Assembly: GCA_903864265.1 (NCBI GenBank)
Contig: CAIPFN010000157.1
Coordinates: 687-64,686 of the forward strand
Length of the DNA stretch: 64,000 bases
Reading direction: 5' to 3'
From: an uncultured Bacteroidales bacterium
GTDB lineage: Bacteria; Bacteroidota; Bacteroidia; Bacteroidales; UBA4417
A program made the position numbers and the translations under genes. Numbering within the stretch: the first letter of the stretch is position 1; each line of letters begins with the position of its first letter. This document shows positions 1-11,200 of the stretch, in pieces. Below the pieces are notes generated by a model. It saw nothing but the letters and a program-made list of their open reading frames with translations, searched no databases and was not told the origin of the DNA.

Positions 1-2173
1 TTGTCTCGATAACGTGGTTTTCATGGTGGTGCCCAACCACAACCCGGACGGAATGCATATGGTGGTGGAAAATTACCTTAAATATAAGGGAACGCCTTAC
101 GAGGGCTGTTCCCTGCCCGGCGTATACCATAAGTATGTCGGCCACGACAACAACCGTGACTTTGTCACTCTCACGCAGCAGGATAATAAAGTAATCGCTG
201 CCATATATAATAAGGACTGGTTTCCGCAGGTCATGGTCGAAAAGCACCAGATGGGCTCCACGGGAGTCCGGTATTTCGTTCCGCCCATGAGTGATCCTAT
301 CGCCCAGAATGTGGATGAAGGCATTTGGAACTGGTCGTGGGTGTTTGGTTCGGCCCTGTCAAGGGACATGACCTCGGCAGGCTGCGCGGGGGTGGCCCAG
401 CATTACCTGTTCGACGATTACTGGCCGGGTTCCACGGCAACGGCGGAATGGAAAAACATGGTAGGGCTTCTCACCGAAGCCGCCGGGGTTTCGGGTGCCA
501 GCCCTATATATATCGAGAAAAACGAATTAAAAGTGGCAGGAAAGGGTTTGGGAGAGAATAAAAAAGGTATTAATATGCCCTTGCCCTGGGAGGGAGGATG
601 GTGGCGTCTTTCCGATATTGTGAAATATGAGATGCAGTCAACCTGGTCGTTGCTTAAAACAGCTTCTGCCAACAGGGAACAGCTGCTGCGATTCAGGAAT
701 TACATGTGCCGTAACGAAGTGAAGAAAGGCAAAACCCTGTCACCTTCCTACTTTGTGGTCCCGGCCCGCCAGCACGACCGCGGTGAACTGGTGGCCCTGG
801 TGAACCTGCTCGACGAACATGGTGTAAGTGTATTCCGGCTGAGAGAAAATCTGATGTGGAACGATAAAATGCTGCATGCCGGGGATATAGTTGTTCCGCT
901 GGCACAACCCTTCCGGTCGTTTATTAAAGAAGTGATGGAAGCCCAGGCCTTCCCTGTGCGCCACTATACTCCCGGGGGCGAAGCTATCAAACCCTACGAT
1001 ATCACCAGCTGGTCGCTTCCGCTTCATAAAGGCTTACTTTCGTATGAAATACCGGTGGTTGTCGAAGCAATCGAAAACAATCTGGAGCCGGTTCCTTTGC
1101 CTTATACATTGATGAGCGGCTTCGTGAATCATGAAAACGGGTACTGGGTTTTCAATTCTTCGAATAATGAAAGTTATAAAGCGGCATTTAAAGCCCTTTC
1201 CATTGGGCTTAAAGTAAGCCGCACAAGGACTGATCTAACTTGTTCTGGCGAGACTATTCCTGCCGGTAGTTTTATCGTCTCGGGAGTGAATGAAAAGATT
1301 GTTTCATTGTTAAAAGATTCTCTCACCGTTTCGCCCGAATGGTTCAGTTCAAATCCCGATTCCATGGCAGGCCTGGTACACTTGCCGCGTATTGCCCTGG
1401 TCGAAAGCTGGTTCCAGGATATAGATGCAGGCTGGACCCGCTTCCTGTTTGATCAATATCATATTCCGTTTACGGTTATCAGGCCTGCCGACCTGGCAAA
1501 GAAAACATATAGCCTGGATTTCGATATCGTTATTTTTCCCGATGAGGATAAAAATGTACTCATGGAAGGAAAAGTCAAAACCGGGGAAGATCTTTTTATG
1601 GCCAACCTTCCGCCTGAATATACCAAAGGCATGGGAAAAGACGGGTTTCAGAAAATATTGAAATTCATTAACAATGGAGGCACTGTACTTTCGTGGGGTG
1701 GCTCAACTGAGTTGTTCACGGGTATGATGAGTATAAAAACAAGTGAAACCGAAAGCGAGGATTTCCGGTTCCCGTTCAGCAATGTATCACCCGGCCTCGT
1801 GAAAGCGGGCTTAAACTGTCCCGGATCTTTGCTCAGCGTCAGGCTGCTGCCCGGCCACCTGCTGACCCGCGGAATGAACTCCGAAGCCGGAGTTTTAACC
1901 ACTGCCGAACAGGTATTTCAGACTACGCTTCCTCCTTTTGGTATGGACCGTAGGGTCATAGCAAGTTACCCTGAAGAGCATGTATTATTGAGCGGTTACT
2001 GTCAGAAAGAAGAATTGCTGGGTAACTATGCGGCAATGGTATGGATGCGGAAAGGCAAAGGGAACCTGGTGGTTTATGGCTTCAGCCCCCAGTTCAGGGC
2101 TTCAGTGCCCGGAGTCTACAAGCTTCTTTTTAACGGCATATTGTTAAAACAGGGAAGTGGTGACAATGATTAA
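1..2173 (+). CDS. M14-family metallocarboxypeptidase-like protein, 5' end cut by the window edge
   Basis: The frame is open from nt 2 (..CLDNVVFMVVPNHNPDG..), so the ORF-track start at 14 is not the true start. Motifs VPNHNPDG and GHDNNRDF fit the M14 fold downstream of the HxxE zinc site, which would lie upstream of the window. Stop at 2171-2173. Confidence 0.75.
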   Translation, partial: CLDNVVFMVVPNHNPDGMHMVVENYLKYKGTPYEGCSLPGVYHKYVGHDNNRDFVTLTQQDNKVIAAIYNKDWFPQVMVEKHQMGSTGVRYFVPPMSDPIAQNVDEGIWNWSWVFGSALSRDMTSAGCAGVAQHYLFDDYWPGSTATAEWKNMVGLLTEAAGVSGASPIYIEKNELKVAGKGLGENKKGINMPLPWEGGWWRLSDIVKYEMQSTWSLLKTASANREQLLRFRNYMCRNEVKKGKTLSPSYFVVPARQHDRGELVALVNLLDEHGVSVFRLRENLMWNDKMLHAGDIVVPLAQPFRSFIKEVMEAQAFPVRHYTPGGEAIKPYDITSWSLPLHKGLLSYEIPVVVEAIENNLEPVPLPYTLMSGFVNHENGYWVFNSSNNESYKAAFKALSIGLKVSRTRTDLTCSGETIPAGSFIVSGVNEKIVSLLKDSLTVSPEWFSSNPDSMAGLVHLPRIALVESWFQDIDAGWTRFLFDQYHIPFTVIRPADLAKKTYSLDFDIVIFPDEDKNVLMEGKVKTGEDLFMANLPPEYTKGMGKDGFQKILKFINNGGTVLSWGGSTELFTGMMSIKTSETESEDFRFPFSNVSPGLVKAGLNCPGSLLSVRLLPGHLLTRGMNSEAGVLTTAEQVFQTTLPPFGMDRRVIASYPEEHVLLSGYCQKEELLGNYAAMVWMRKGKGNLVVYGFSPQFRASVPGVYKLLFNGILLKQGSGDND

Positions 2174-2323
2174 GTGTCAGGGCATTTCCGGTAAAACCCG
2201 CTATTCCGGTGTGCAAGGGTTCCCATTGTATATTTTATCAGAAAAAACCACATCCACGCTGAACAAAGCAGCTTTAAAATCCTTAATACTTGTTAACCGT
2301 TTAATGACACCCAAAATTAAATT

Positions 2324-3364
2324 ATGAAGAATACGATTTCCTTGCTTTTAGTGCTTCTAACCTTTACTGTTTCCGCCCAGGAAAAACACCTTAAAAACAT
2401 TAAGCAGCTTACCTTTGGAGGCGATAATGCCGAAGCCTATTTCAGTTTCGACGGTAAAAATGTTTCGTTTCAAGGTAACAATCCGACCTGGGGTTTGAAG
2501 TGCGATCAGATTTTTAACCTCAATATAGCCGAAGCCGCAGCCGACAGCACGTATCGCCCGCCTTTGATCAGCACGGGTTTTGGACGCACCACCTGCTCGT
2601 TCTTTCTTCCGGGGGATAAGCAGATTTTATATGCTTCGACTCATCTGGGCGGGAAAGATTGTCCTCCAAATCCCGAGCCCCGCAGTGATGGGAAGTACCT
2701 GTGGCCCGTATACCCTGATTTCGATATTTTTGTAGCCGACCTCAAAGGTAACATTGTCAAACAGTTCACGAATTCACCCGGTTACGATGCCGAAGCAACG
2801 GTTTCGCCCAGGGGCGACAAAATCGTGTTCACTTCCATGCGCAATGGCGACCTGGATCTTTATACCTGCAATATCGACGGCAGCAATGTAAAACAAGTAA
2901 CCCATATGCTGGGATACGACGGAGGTGCATTTTTCTCGCCCGACGGCAAAAAACTGGTTTTCCGCGCATCCCGCCCGCAGACACCCGAAGATATAAAGGA
3001 ATATAAGGACCTGCTTGCCCAAAACCTGGTTATGCCTACCAAAATGGAGATATTTGTTTGTAATGTCGACGGAAGCGATCTGCACCAGGTCACACACCTG
3101 GGAAAGGCCAACTGGGCACCGTATTTCCTGCCTTCCGGCAATAAAATTATATTTTCAAGTAATCATCAATCCACCAAGGGTTACGACTTTCAACTCTTCA
3201 TGATTAACGTGGATGGTACCGGGCTCGAACAGGTTACAGCCGAAAGTTATTTCAATGCTTTCCCCATGTTTTCACCCGACGGCAAAAAACTGATGTTTTC
3301 ATCAAACCGCAACAAACGAAACCCCCACGATATGAACCTGTTTATCGCCGACTGGGTAGATTAA
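2324..3364 (+). CDS. secreted PD40/TolB-like beta-propeller repeat protein
   Basis: ATG start followed by signal peptide MKNTISLLLVLLTFTVSAQ. PD40-type strands recur (VSPRGDKIVFTS, FSPDGKKLVFRAS, LPSGNKIIFSS, FSPDGKKLMFSS). Confidence 0.8.
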   Translation: MKNTISLLLVLLTFTVSAQEKHLKNIKQLTFGGDNAEAYFSFDGKNVSFQGNNPTWGLKCDQIFNLNIAEAAADSTYRPPLISTGFGRTTCSFFLPGDKQILYASTHLGGKDCPPNPEPRSDGKYLWPVYPDFDIFVADLKGNIVKQFTNSPGYDAEATVSPRGDKIVFTSMRNGDLDLYTCNIDGSNVKQVTHMLGYDGGAFFSPDGKKLVFRASRPQTPEDIKEYKDLLAQNLVMPTKMEIFVCNVDGSDLHQVTHLGKANWAPYFLPSGNKIIFSSNHQSTKGYDFQLFMINVDGTGLEQVTAESYFNAFPMFSPDGKKLMFSSNRNKRNPHDMNLFIADWVD

Positions 3365-3519
3365 ACTTTGGCGGAACAGTTTCTTTTATAGACTATCTTT
3401 TCTAATGAAAAAAAGATTGGTAAAGCAGGAAAAGCTTTGTCAACCTTTTTTTTGTAATGGGTATCATACTTGTCCTCTTTGCGGCTTATCCTTTTAGCCG
3501 TAAAGCCATTGCAAAAATG

Positions 3520-4038
3520 TTATTTGCTGATCTTCTTCAATGCGTCCAGGTAGATTTTGCGGATGCTGTTTTTTTCTTCCCTTTCGGCAATGGCCTTTAT
3601 GGCCGGCACCAGGTCAGTATTGAAAGGCAGGCGGAGCTTGACAATCTGCCCCAGGGCAAATGCTGCACTCCAGCGGACCACCGTGCCGGGATGTTCGGAA
3701 TTTTCCAGGAGGTTCTTCACTGCGCTTTCAAGTTTGTCAGGAAACAGGAAAGCTGTATTTCCTATAACCCTGGCTGACTCCCATTTTATACGTGCTGCTT
3801 TTTCGCTCAGGCTTTGGGTAATGAAATCAAATGTTACAGTATCGACAATTCCCGGGTGTTTTTGCGATGCAAACTCAATGGCTTCGATACAGCTGGCCTT
3901 GTCGGCTTCCCTTGCCAAAGCGGCATATTGAACCAGTTTGCCGATGCTGATGGTATTGCCGGAAAGCAGGCTGCTGATGGCTTCTGTTTTCTCTTTCGGC
4001 TTGCGCAGCTTGTCATTCAGAATTTCATTGATGTCCAT
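3520..4038 (-). CDS. small HEAT/ARM-like helical repeat protein, function unknown
   Basis: The ORF-track start at 4071 is a TTG. The ATG at 4038 (MDINEILNDKL..) is more plausible. The sequence is all-helical and Leu/Ala/Lys-rich with HEAT-like segments (..VRWSAAFALGQIV.., ..ARIKWESARVIGN..). No catalytic motif recognised. Confidence 0.55.
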   Translation of the reverse strand: MDINEILNDKLRKPKEKTEAISSLLSGNTISIGKLVQYAALAREADKASCIEAIEFASQKHPGIVDTVTFDFITQSLSEKAARIKWESARVIGNTAFLFPDKLESAVKNLLENSEHPGTVVRWSAAFALGQIVKLRLPFNTDLVPAIKAIAEREEKNSIRKIYLDALKKISK

Positions 4039-4631
4039 AAACCTAAGGTTAAGGGTGCGTTTGTACTGCAAAGATACTCTTTCGTATTAGCCCGACAGGT
4101 CCTGCTGCCTGATATTTTGGGTGGTCAAAAGTTTGCTTCCCCGGGCCGGGAACTGTATACCCGGCATGCGTTTTCCGGTTTATAAAGCAGGTGCGGCGTT
4201 TCCCTGCCCAGGCGCTGATAGAGCAAGGCTTCTCTTTTTGGTTTGTTTAAGGGTTTTTGTGATTCTGTTACTGCAGTATATGTTTTATTCCTGCGTGCTA
4301 TTCCTTATATTTTGTCCGGAAGCCGGAGCCCGGAAATCGTCGTCACTGAAAAAGGAATACCCCGAAGAAGCAGTGAAATACGGGTTTAAACGCAATGGAA
4401 CAGGACAGGTAAAAATTAAATCTGAAATTTGTGTTGATTCAGGAGGTCCGGGAAAATTATCAATTTTTCAACTACCTGTATCAGAGTGTAATAAGCTATG
4501 TGGGATCCGATGGTTGGAGGCATTTGGCATGAGAGTCGGAGGATATCAACTAAAGCGTGTTTATAAAAATAATTCAGGATATCCAAAAATAAGTTAAATA
4601 ATATTTGGGATTATCCTCATAGCGTATTATC

Positions 4632-4741
4632 TTTGTCACTTCCGCAGAGTTTCTCCAGAATTTATTTAGGAGGAATCCGGAACAAGTGACAACAAATTGA
4701 TCTATTATTTACTAAATTTGTAGATTCTGATTGTTGTCACT
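4632..4741. promoter_or_regulatory. three spaced copies of a TTGTCACT motif, including an 11-bp perfect inverted repeat that flanks a TAAATTTG box
   Basis: TTTGTCACT lies at 4632-4640. AGTGACAACAA at 4685-4695 is the exact reverse complement of TTGTTGTCACT at 4731-4741. The copies are ~50 bp apart. The 35-nt spacer between the inverted arms contains TAAATTTG (4713-4720), which matches the Bacteroidota -7 consensus TAnnTTTG. Confidence 0.35.
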
Positions 4742-5098
4742 GGAAAATGAGGGCCGGTTTTAATGCTAAAATCGGAACGCATCAGAAACACCTCAGGTAG
4801 CTTATTTTAAAATCCAGTTTTGTACGACTAGTTTTTCCTTGGTCTTCACGTATCGCTTATTTTCTTCAGATTTATTTTAATGCTTTTTGCTTAACGTTGT
4901 TTTTTTTTGTTGAATAAATGGGTGGTTCCTCAGGGAGTTCATTCATGAATGTCAGTTTTAGTTGTTGTTCTAAGTTTTGTGATCTCGTCAGGCTATTCTT
5001 TTTCTTGGTTATCTTTTATTGCGCTTTAGTTTAAAAAGTTCAGGTTTGTCTTTTGCTTCACTTCATGTAACATTTGTTTGTGTCAATTAAAACGAGGA

Positions 5099-5128
5099 TT
5101 GGTTTTTTTTGAAATCATTCTATTTTTG
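5099..5128 (+). promoter_or_regulatory. candidate Bacteroidota-type promoter for the giant ORF, with a T8 tract in the spacer
   Basis: TTG at 5099-5101 is followed 19 nt later by TATTTTTG (5121-5128 = TAnnTTTG). The spacer begins with a run of 8 T (5103-5110). The site is ~165 nt upstream of ATG 5292. Confidence 0.3.
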
Positions 5129-5291
5129 ACCAATCACGTTTCATTCTTTAAATTCCGGAACTCGCCATGCTCTTTTCCTAGTGTTACTATTATTAAAATG
5201 GTATTGAAAAACATTTTCCTTTCAGAGAATTTTAACCATAGATTTTCGGTTGTGGAAACCTACCCAAATAATAACTTAATACATCAGGATT

Positions 5292-8200
5292 ATGAAAAGA
5301 ATTTTACACTTTTCGACGACTTTGCTGTTTTTGTTTGCTTTTCTGAACAGCATTAATGCCCAGTATTGTACACCGACCTTTACCAACGGATGCGAAGGCG
5401 GCCAGGGAATCACTTCGTTCCAGTTTGGTACAATCAATCAGACGCCAATACCATGTACCGGAACGCCCAATTATTACCAGGATTTTACCAGCATAAGTAC
5501 CGACCTGGCAATGAACGGTATTTATGATATTGCAGTGCAGACTGCAAATAACGGAACGTATATTTCAGTCTGGATCGATTATAATTCCGACCAGACCTTT
5601 GATAACGGGAGTGAACTTGCATTGCAGTTTTTCTGCATGTATGCGGGCACAACTTCTACTTCGCTGACGATACCTTCTTCAGCTACCACAGGTTCCACCC
5701 GCCTCAGGATCGTGGCTTCCACATTCTCTTATCCAATCGATCCCTGCAGTGATCCGGGTCCTGGCAACTGCTCCGACTATTCGGTTAATATCATTGATCC
5801 GGTCAGCCCGCCCTCAGTCAATACACTGGCTGCGACAGGCATAACGGCTTTGAGTGCGGTACTGAATGGTACCATAAATGCCAATGATAATTTTACCCAT
5901 GCCGTATTCAATTATGGTACTGGCCTGAGCTATGGCATCAATGTAACGGGTAGCCCATGGATTTTAACCGGAAGCTCCAATATGGATGTAGCAGCCTCCA
6001 TTTCCGGACTCATCCCGAATACTACCTATCATTTCGAAACCGTAGGATATGGCTCGGGAGGTTACGTTTCGGGCGGAGATATGGAATTTACTACATTGTC
6101 AATTCCGCCCACGGTAAGCACCGAACCCGCTACCAATGTATCGGGCGTTTCAGCCATGCTAAACGGATTGGTTAATGCCAATAATCTGGCATCCGGTGTT
6201 ACGTTTGAATATGGATTGGACGATACCTATGGTACCACCGTGGATGGCAACCCCTCTACGCTATCAGGTTATACTCCGCAATTAGTCACATACTATTTAT
6301 CGGGGCTGGATATGAATACAACCTATCATTACCGGGTTGTCAGTTCAAATTCCGAAGGCGTTACTCCGGGTGCCGATATGACTTTCACCACCTTGCCCAC
6401 ACTCTATTGCATGCCGGTATTCTCAACCGGTTGTAATACCTATGAAATCGGTTTGACCTATTTTGAACTGAATACGATTTCCCAAACTATACCGTGCAGC
6501 GGAACGCCCAGCTATTACCATGATTATACATCCTTATCCACCGACCTGGCCATGAACGGCTATTACTCCATATCAGTTCAGGAGGGTGGGGTTTATGGTG
6601 CAAGCGTGACGGTATGGATTGATTTCAATCAAAACAATGTTTTCGATGGGCCAGCTGAAGTGGTTGGGAATGGCTATTGCGCCGGAAGTTCCTCTGCCGT
6701 AATTCAGATTGCAGTCCCGGCTTCAGTGCCAACAGGCGCTACCCGGCTGCGGATTATGGCATCCTATTTTGGTTATCCTGTCAATCCCTGCGGCACCTAC
6801 GACTATGGAAACTGTTCGGATTTCACGGTAAATATTACCGATCCGCTAACTCCTCCTTCGGTAAACACACTCGCAGCTACCGGGGTATCAGCTACTGAAG
6901 CTGTGCTGAACGGTACCGTTAATGCAAATGACTATGCCACCCAGGTTGAGTTTCACTATGGATTAGATTTAAGTTATGGGAACGTAATCCAGGGGATCCC
7001 GGGAACCATAACCGGTAATTCCAACACCGATGTAAGTGCTGCTTTAACTGGACTTATACCTAACGCGACTTACCATTTTGAAGCCGTAGGGTTTGGCCCG
7101 GGTGGTTATGTTTCGGGAGGCGATCTTATGTTTACAACGTTTGCCTTACTCCCTGACGCCACGACCGGGAGCGCAACGTATATTGCGGGCTCTTATGCCA
7201 CATTGAACGGAACCGTGAACGCGAATAATTCCTTAACAGATATATATTTCGAATATGGCCTGGACGATACCTACGGCACTACTGTCGCCGGGAATCCCTC
7301 CAGCTATTCCGGCTTTTCCATTCAAAACGTATCGGCACAAATTACCGGGCTGGAGCTGAACACCACCTATCACTACAGGATAGTAGGCTCTAATGCGGAA
7401 GGGACTTCCACAGGGGCAGATATGACGTTTACAACCTTGAATATACCTTATTGTATTCCTACCTATTCAACCGGTTGTGAAAGTTATAACATAGGGCTGA
7501 CCTATTTTGGGCTGAACACGATTTCTCAGGCCATTACCTGTGCGGGAACCCCAAGCTATTACCACGATTTTACGGCTTCTTCAACCGACCTTGCCAAAAA
7601 CGGGTACTATACCGTTTCGGTCACAGCAGGTTATGGATACCCTGCGTATCCTACCTCTCTAACCGTCTGGATTGACTACAATCATGACAATGTCTTTGAT
7701 CCGGCTACCGAAACCATAGGTAGTGTCAATTGTTACGGCATTGGTACTACCTATACTTTCCCGTTTACGGTTTCCGCATCAGCTTTAACCGGGCCGGCCG
7801 GGCTCAGGGCGATGACTTCCTATTCTGGGTATCCTACTGATCCATGTGGGTATAATAGTTATGGGAATTGCTCCGACTTCACCGTCAATATTCTTGATCC
7901 GGTCAATCCTCCATCCATAACCACCCTGGGAGCTACCGGAATATCCCCTGGTGGGGCTGTGCTTAACGGGGCTGCGAATGCGAATGATAATCTCACCCAG
8001 CTCGAGTTCCATTATGGTTTAGACACCGGTTATGGAAACATTGCTGCCGCGGTACCCTCAAGCGTGGCAGGAAACAGCAATACCGATGTGAGTGCTTCCA
8101 TTTCGGGATTAACCCCCAATACAACCTATAATTATGCATTGATCGGTTTCGGCGCAGGCGGTTATATCATAGGTGATAACATGGCTTTTACAACCAACGG

Positions 8201-11200
8201 CATCCCACCATCCGTGACTACCCTCAGCGCAACCAGTATTTCAGGCATTTCTGCCACACTTAACGGAACTGTGAATGCCAACAATTTACCGTCGACCGTT
8301 TCGTTCGAATATGGACTTACCGATTCGTATGGTTCAGCCATCGCCGGGAATCCTTCTGACGTTTCCGGATTTTATTCGCAGGCTATTACTTCTGCACTCA
8401 CCGGCCTGGCGTTGAATACCACCTATCATTACAGGATTAACAGCACCAATTCGGCAGGGACTTCCTATGGAAGTGACATGACTTTTTCGACACTGCCCAC
8501 TACATATTGCATTCCTGTGTACTCTACGGGTTGTAATAGCTATAACATAGGATTGACTTATTTTGGTCTCAACACGATTGCGCAGACTATTTCATGCGCC
8601 GGATCGCCAAATTATTATCACGATTTTACTTCTACCTCAACCGATCTGGCTAAAAACGGGTACTATTCTCTTTCTGTAACCGAGGGAGGCTATTCGGTGT
8701 ATTACAGAATATGGATCGATTATAATCACAACAATGTTTTTGATGTCGCAACCGAACAAATCGGACAAGGGTATTGCAGTGGCGGAACAACTTCCACAAT
8801 CTACTTTACCGTACCTTCAACCGTTCCCACCGGGGCCACCAGGATCAGAGTAATGTCCCGCTATTCTTATTACGGGTATCCTTCAGATCCTTGTTCACTT
8901 TCCGAAATTTATGGGAACTGTTCTGATTTCACCGTTAATATAATTGATCCTCTAGCTGCTCCATCAGTTACTACTCTGGCAGCTACAGGAATAACCACCT
9001 CGGGCGGTATTCTGAATGGTACAGTTAATGCCAATGGTATTTCCACCAGCGTTATTTTTCATTACGGAACTTCCCTGAGTTATGGGAATACTATTGCCGG
9101 TGTTCCCGGAACGCTTAGCGGAAACAGCAATACCGATGTAGCAGCCACCTTAACGGGATTATTGCCCAATACCACCTATAATTACGAAGTAGTTGGCTAT
9201 GGTGCCGGAGGCTATGTGTCAGGAGGGAATATGACTTTTACAACCGGAGCCATCCCGCCGACCGTAACCACCACTTATGCAACCAATGTTTCGGGCACTA
9301 CTGCTACCCTGATGGGGACCGTGAATGCGAATTATTTATCTTCAGATGTCACATTTGAGTATGGGCTAACCACCTCGTATGGCACAACTGTTTTGGGAAC
9401 TCCCACGCCGGTAACAGGAGGAAGCCCGGTCGGGGTATCCGGATTTGTTTCCGGTCTGGATCAGGGTGCCACCTATCATTACAGAACCGTCGGTACCAAC
9501 ACCAGTGGCGTGGCCACAGGCACTGATGCTACATTTACAACCCTTTCGCCGACTACTACACAAGCGGTTACTTCGGACATTCCTGTCGGAACCACGAATC
9601 AGCAGATTATAGGTATAGAGATACCTAACCTGAGCCCATCCAATTCTGTTACTGTAACATCCTTTACCTTTAATACCAACGGCTGTACCCAGGTTTCCGA
9701 TCTGTCGAGGGCCAGATTGTATTCAACCGGAACTTCCGGGGTATTCTCAACTGCACTTCAGTTTGGTTCCGACGTAACCAGTTTTGGTGCCCTGGGTTCC
9801 TCCTTTGTCATTACCGGGAGCAGAGCACTCTCCTCCGGCAACAATTATTTCTGGCTGACGTATGATATACCCTCCGGAGCCACGGCGGGAGATGTGGTTG
9901 ATGCGGAATGCACATCTGTTATGGCAGGCGGCAGTTCCTTGGAGCCGGCTATTACAGCGCCAGCCGGAACCCGGACGCTTACCAGCGTAAAATTCCTGAA
10001 TAGCCTTGCCGTCACCCAGGCATCAACGGCTGCTGTGCAGAAAAGCTCAACAGATAACGAGATTTTAATGCTGGATTTCAACGTGGGAGGGAGTACTGCA
10101 ACACTTCCGCTGAACAGTATTTTAGTTACCAACACCGGTTTCGACAGTGACATCGCCGCCGGCGGTGTGAAATTGTACCTTACCTCATCCCCTGTGTTTG
10201 CTACAACCAATCCACTCGGAACGGCGCAGAGTTTCGTTTCGGGAACCGCCACTTTCAGTGCATTGTCATTCGATTTGCCAACCGGTCACACCTATGTATG
10301 GATTACTTATGATATTGCCGCCGGGGCAATCGGTTATCATACCGTGGACGCTAAAATCACCCAAAATGCAATTGACGTTCAGGGATTGCTTTATCCTCCA
10401 ACCGAGCAGAACCCGGCAGGAAGCCGCTATGTTGCAGTCGCACCTCATGCGCTGCCTTTTACCGAAGATGCCTGGGCCACCATACCTCCAACGGACTGGA
10501 ATAAAATAGGTGGAAGTTGGTATAAATCAAGCACAAGTTATTCAGGGGGAACATCTCCGGAATTACGTCTTTCCTATAGTGGGGCTAACGCCGGGGATAA
10601 AATGATTACTCCCCCGCTAATAACCACCGGGTTGCCATACCTTGTACTTCGTTTTAAGTATTTCCTCGATGATTACGGCGTTGGTTGCACATTAAGAGTC
10701 CAGTCAAGCAGTAATGGCAGTACCTGGACTAATGAAGCATGGTCACGAGCTTCAGTCAATAATCAGAACTATGGGCCTTTTGATGTTGTAACAACCATAA
10801 GTTCAAACCTGAGCGGAGGTAATACCCAGGTGGCATTTGATGTAGAGGGAAACCCCTATTATATCGATAACTGGTATATTGATAATGTAAAGATATCAGC
10901 ACCAGAGCCTCCAACAGTCACTACCGCTGCAGTGACTTCCGTTACCCCCAATACGGCCGTATCAGGGGGAACTGTATTAGACGATGCAGCAAACGCAGTT
11001 ACGGCAAGAGGTATATGCTGGGGCACTTCCTTAAATCCTACCCTTTCCGACAATTTCACTACCGATGGGTCGGGACTCGGAACTTTCGTGAGTAACCTTA
11101 GCGGTCTCGTTCCGGGTAATACCTATCATGTGAGAGCTTATGCCACCAATGGAATCGGGACTGCATACGGGGCCGATCTTTCTTTTACCCCTGCTCCGCC

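Noticed and set aside
4121-4597. 158-aa GTG-start ORF in the leader upstream of the giant gene
   Set aside because: It has an alternative start codon and odd Cys/Phe/Leu-rich composition. There is no recognisable domain and no promoter-like box in front. I treat it as non-coding, although a degraded gene remnant cannot be excluded without a database search.
4685-4741. The 11-bp inverted repeat as the boundary of an invertible promoter (Bacteroides-style phase variation)
   Set aside because: The segment between the arms is only 35 bp, far shorter than known invertible promoters. No site-specific recombinase gene is present in the window. An operator or RNA hairpin is more plausible.
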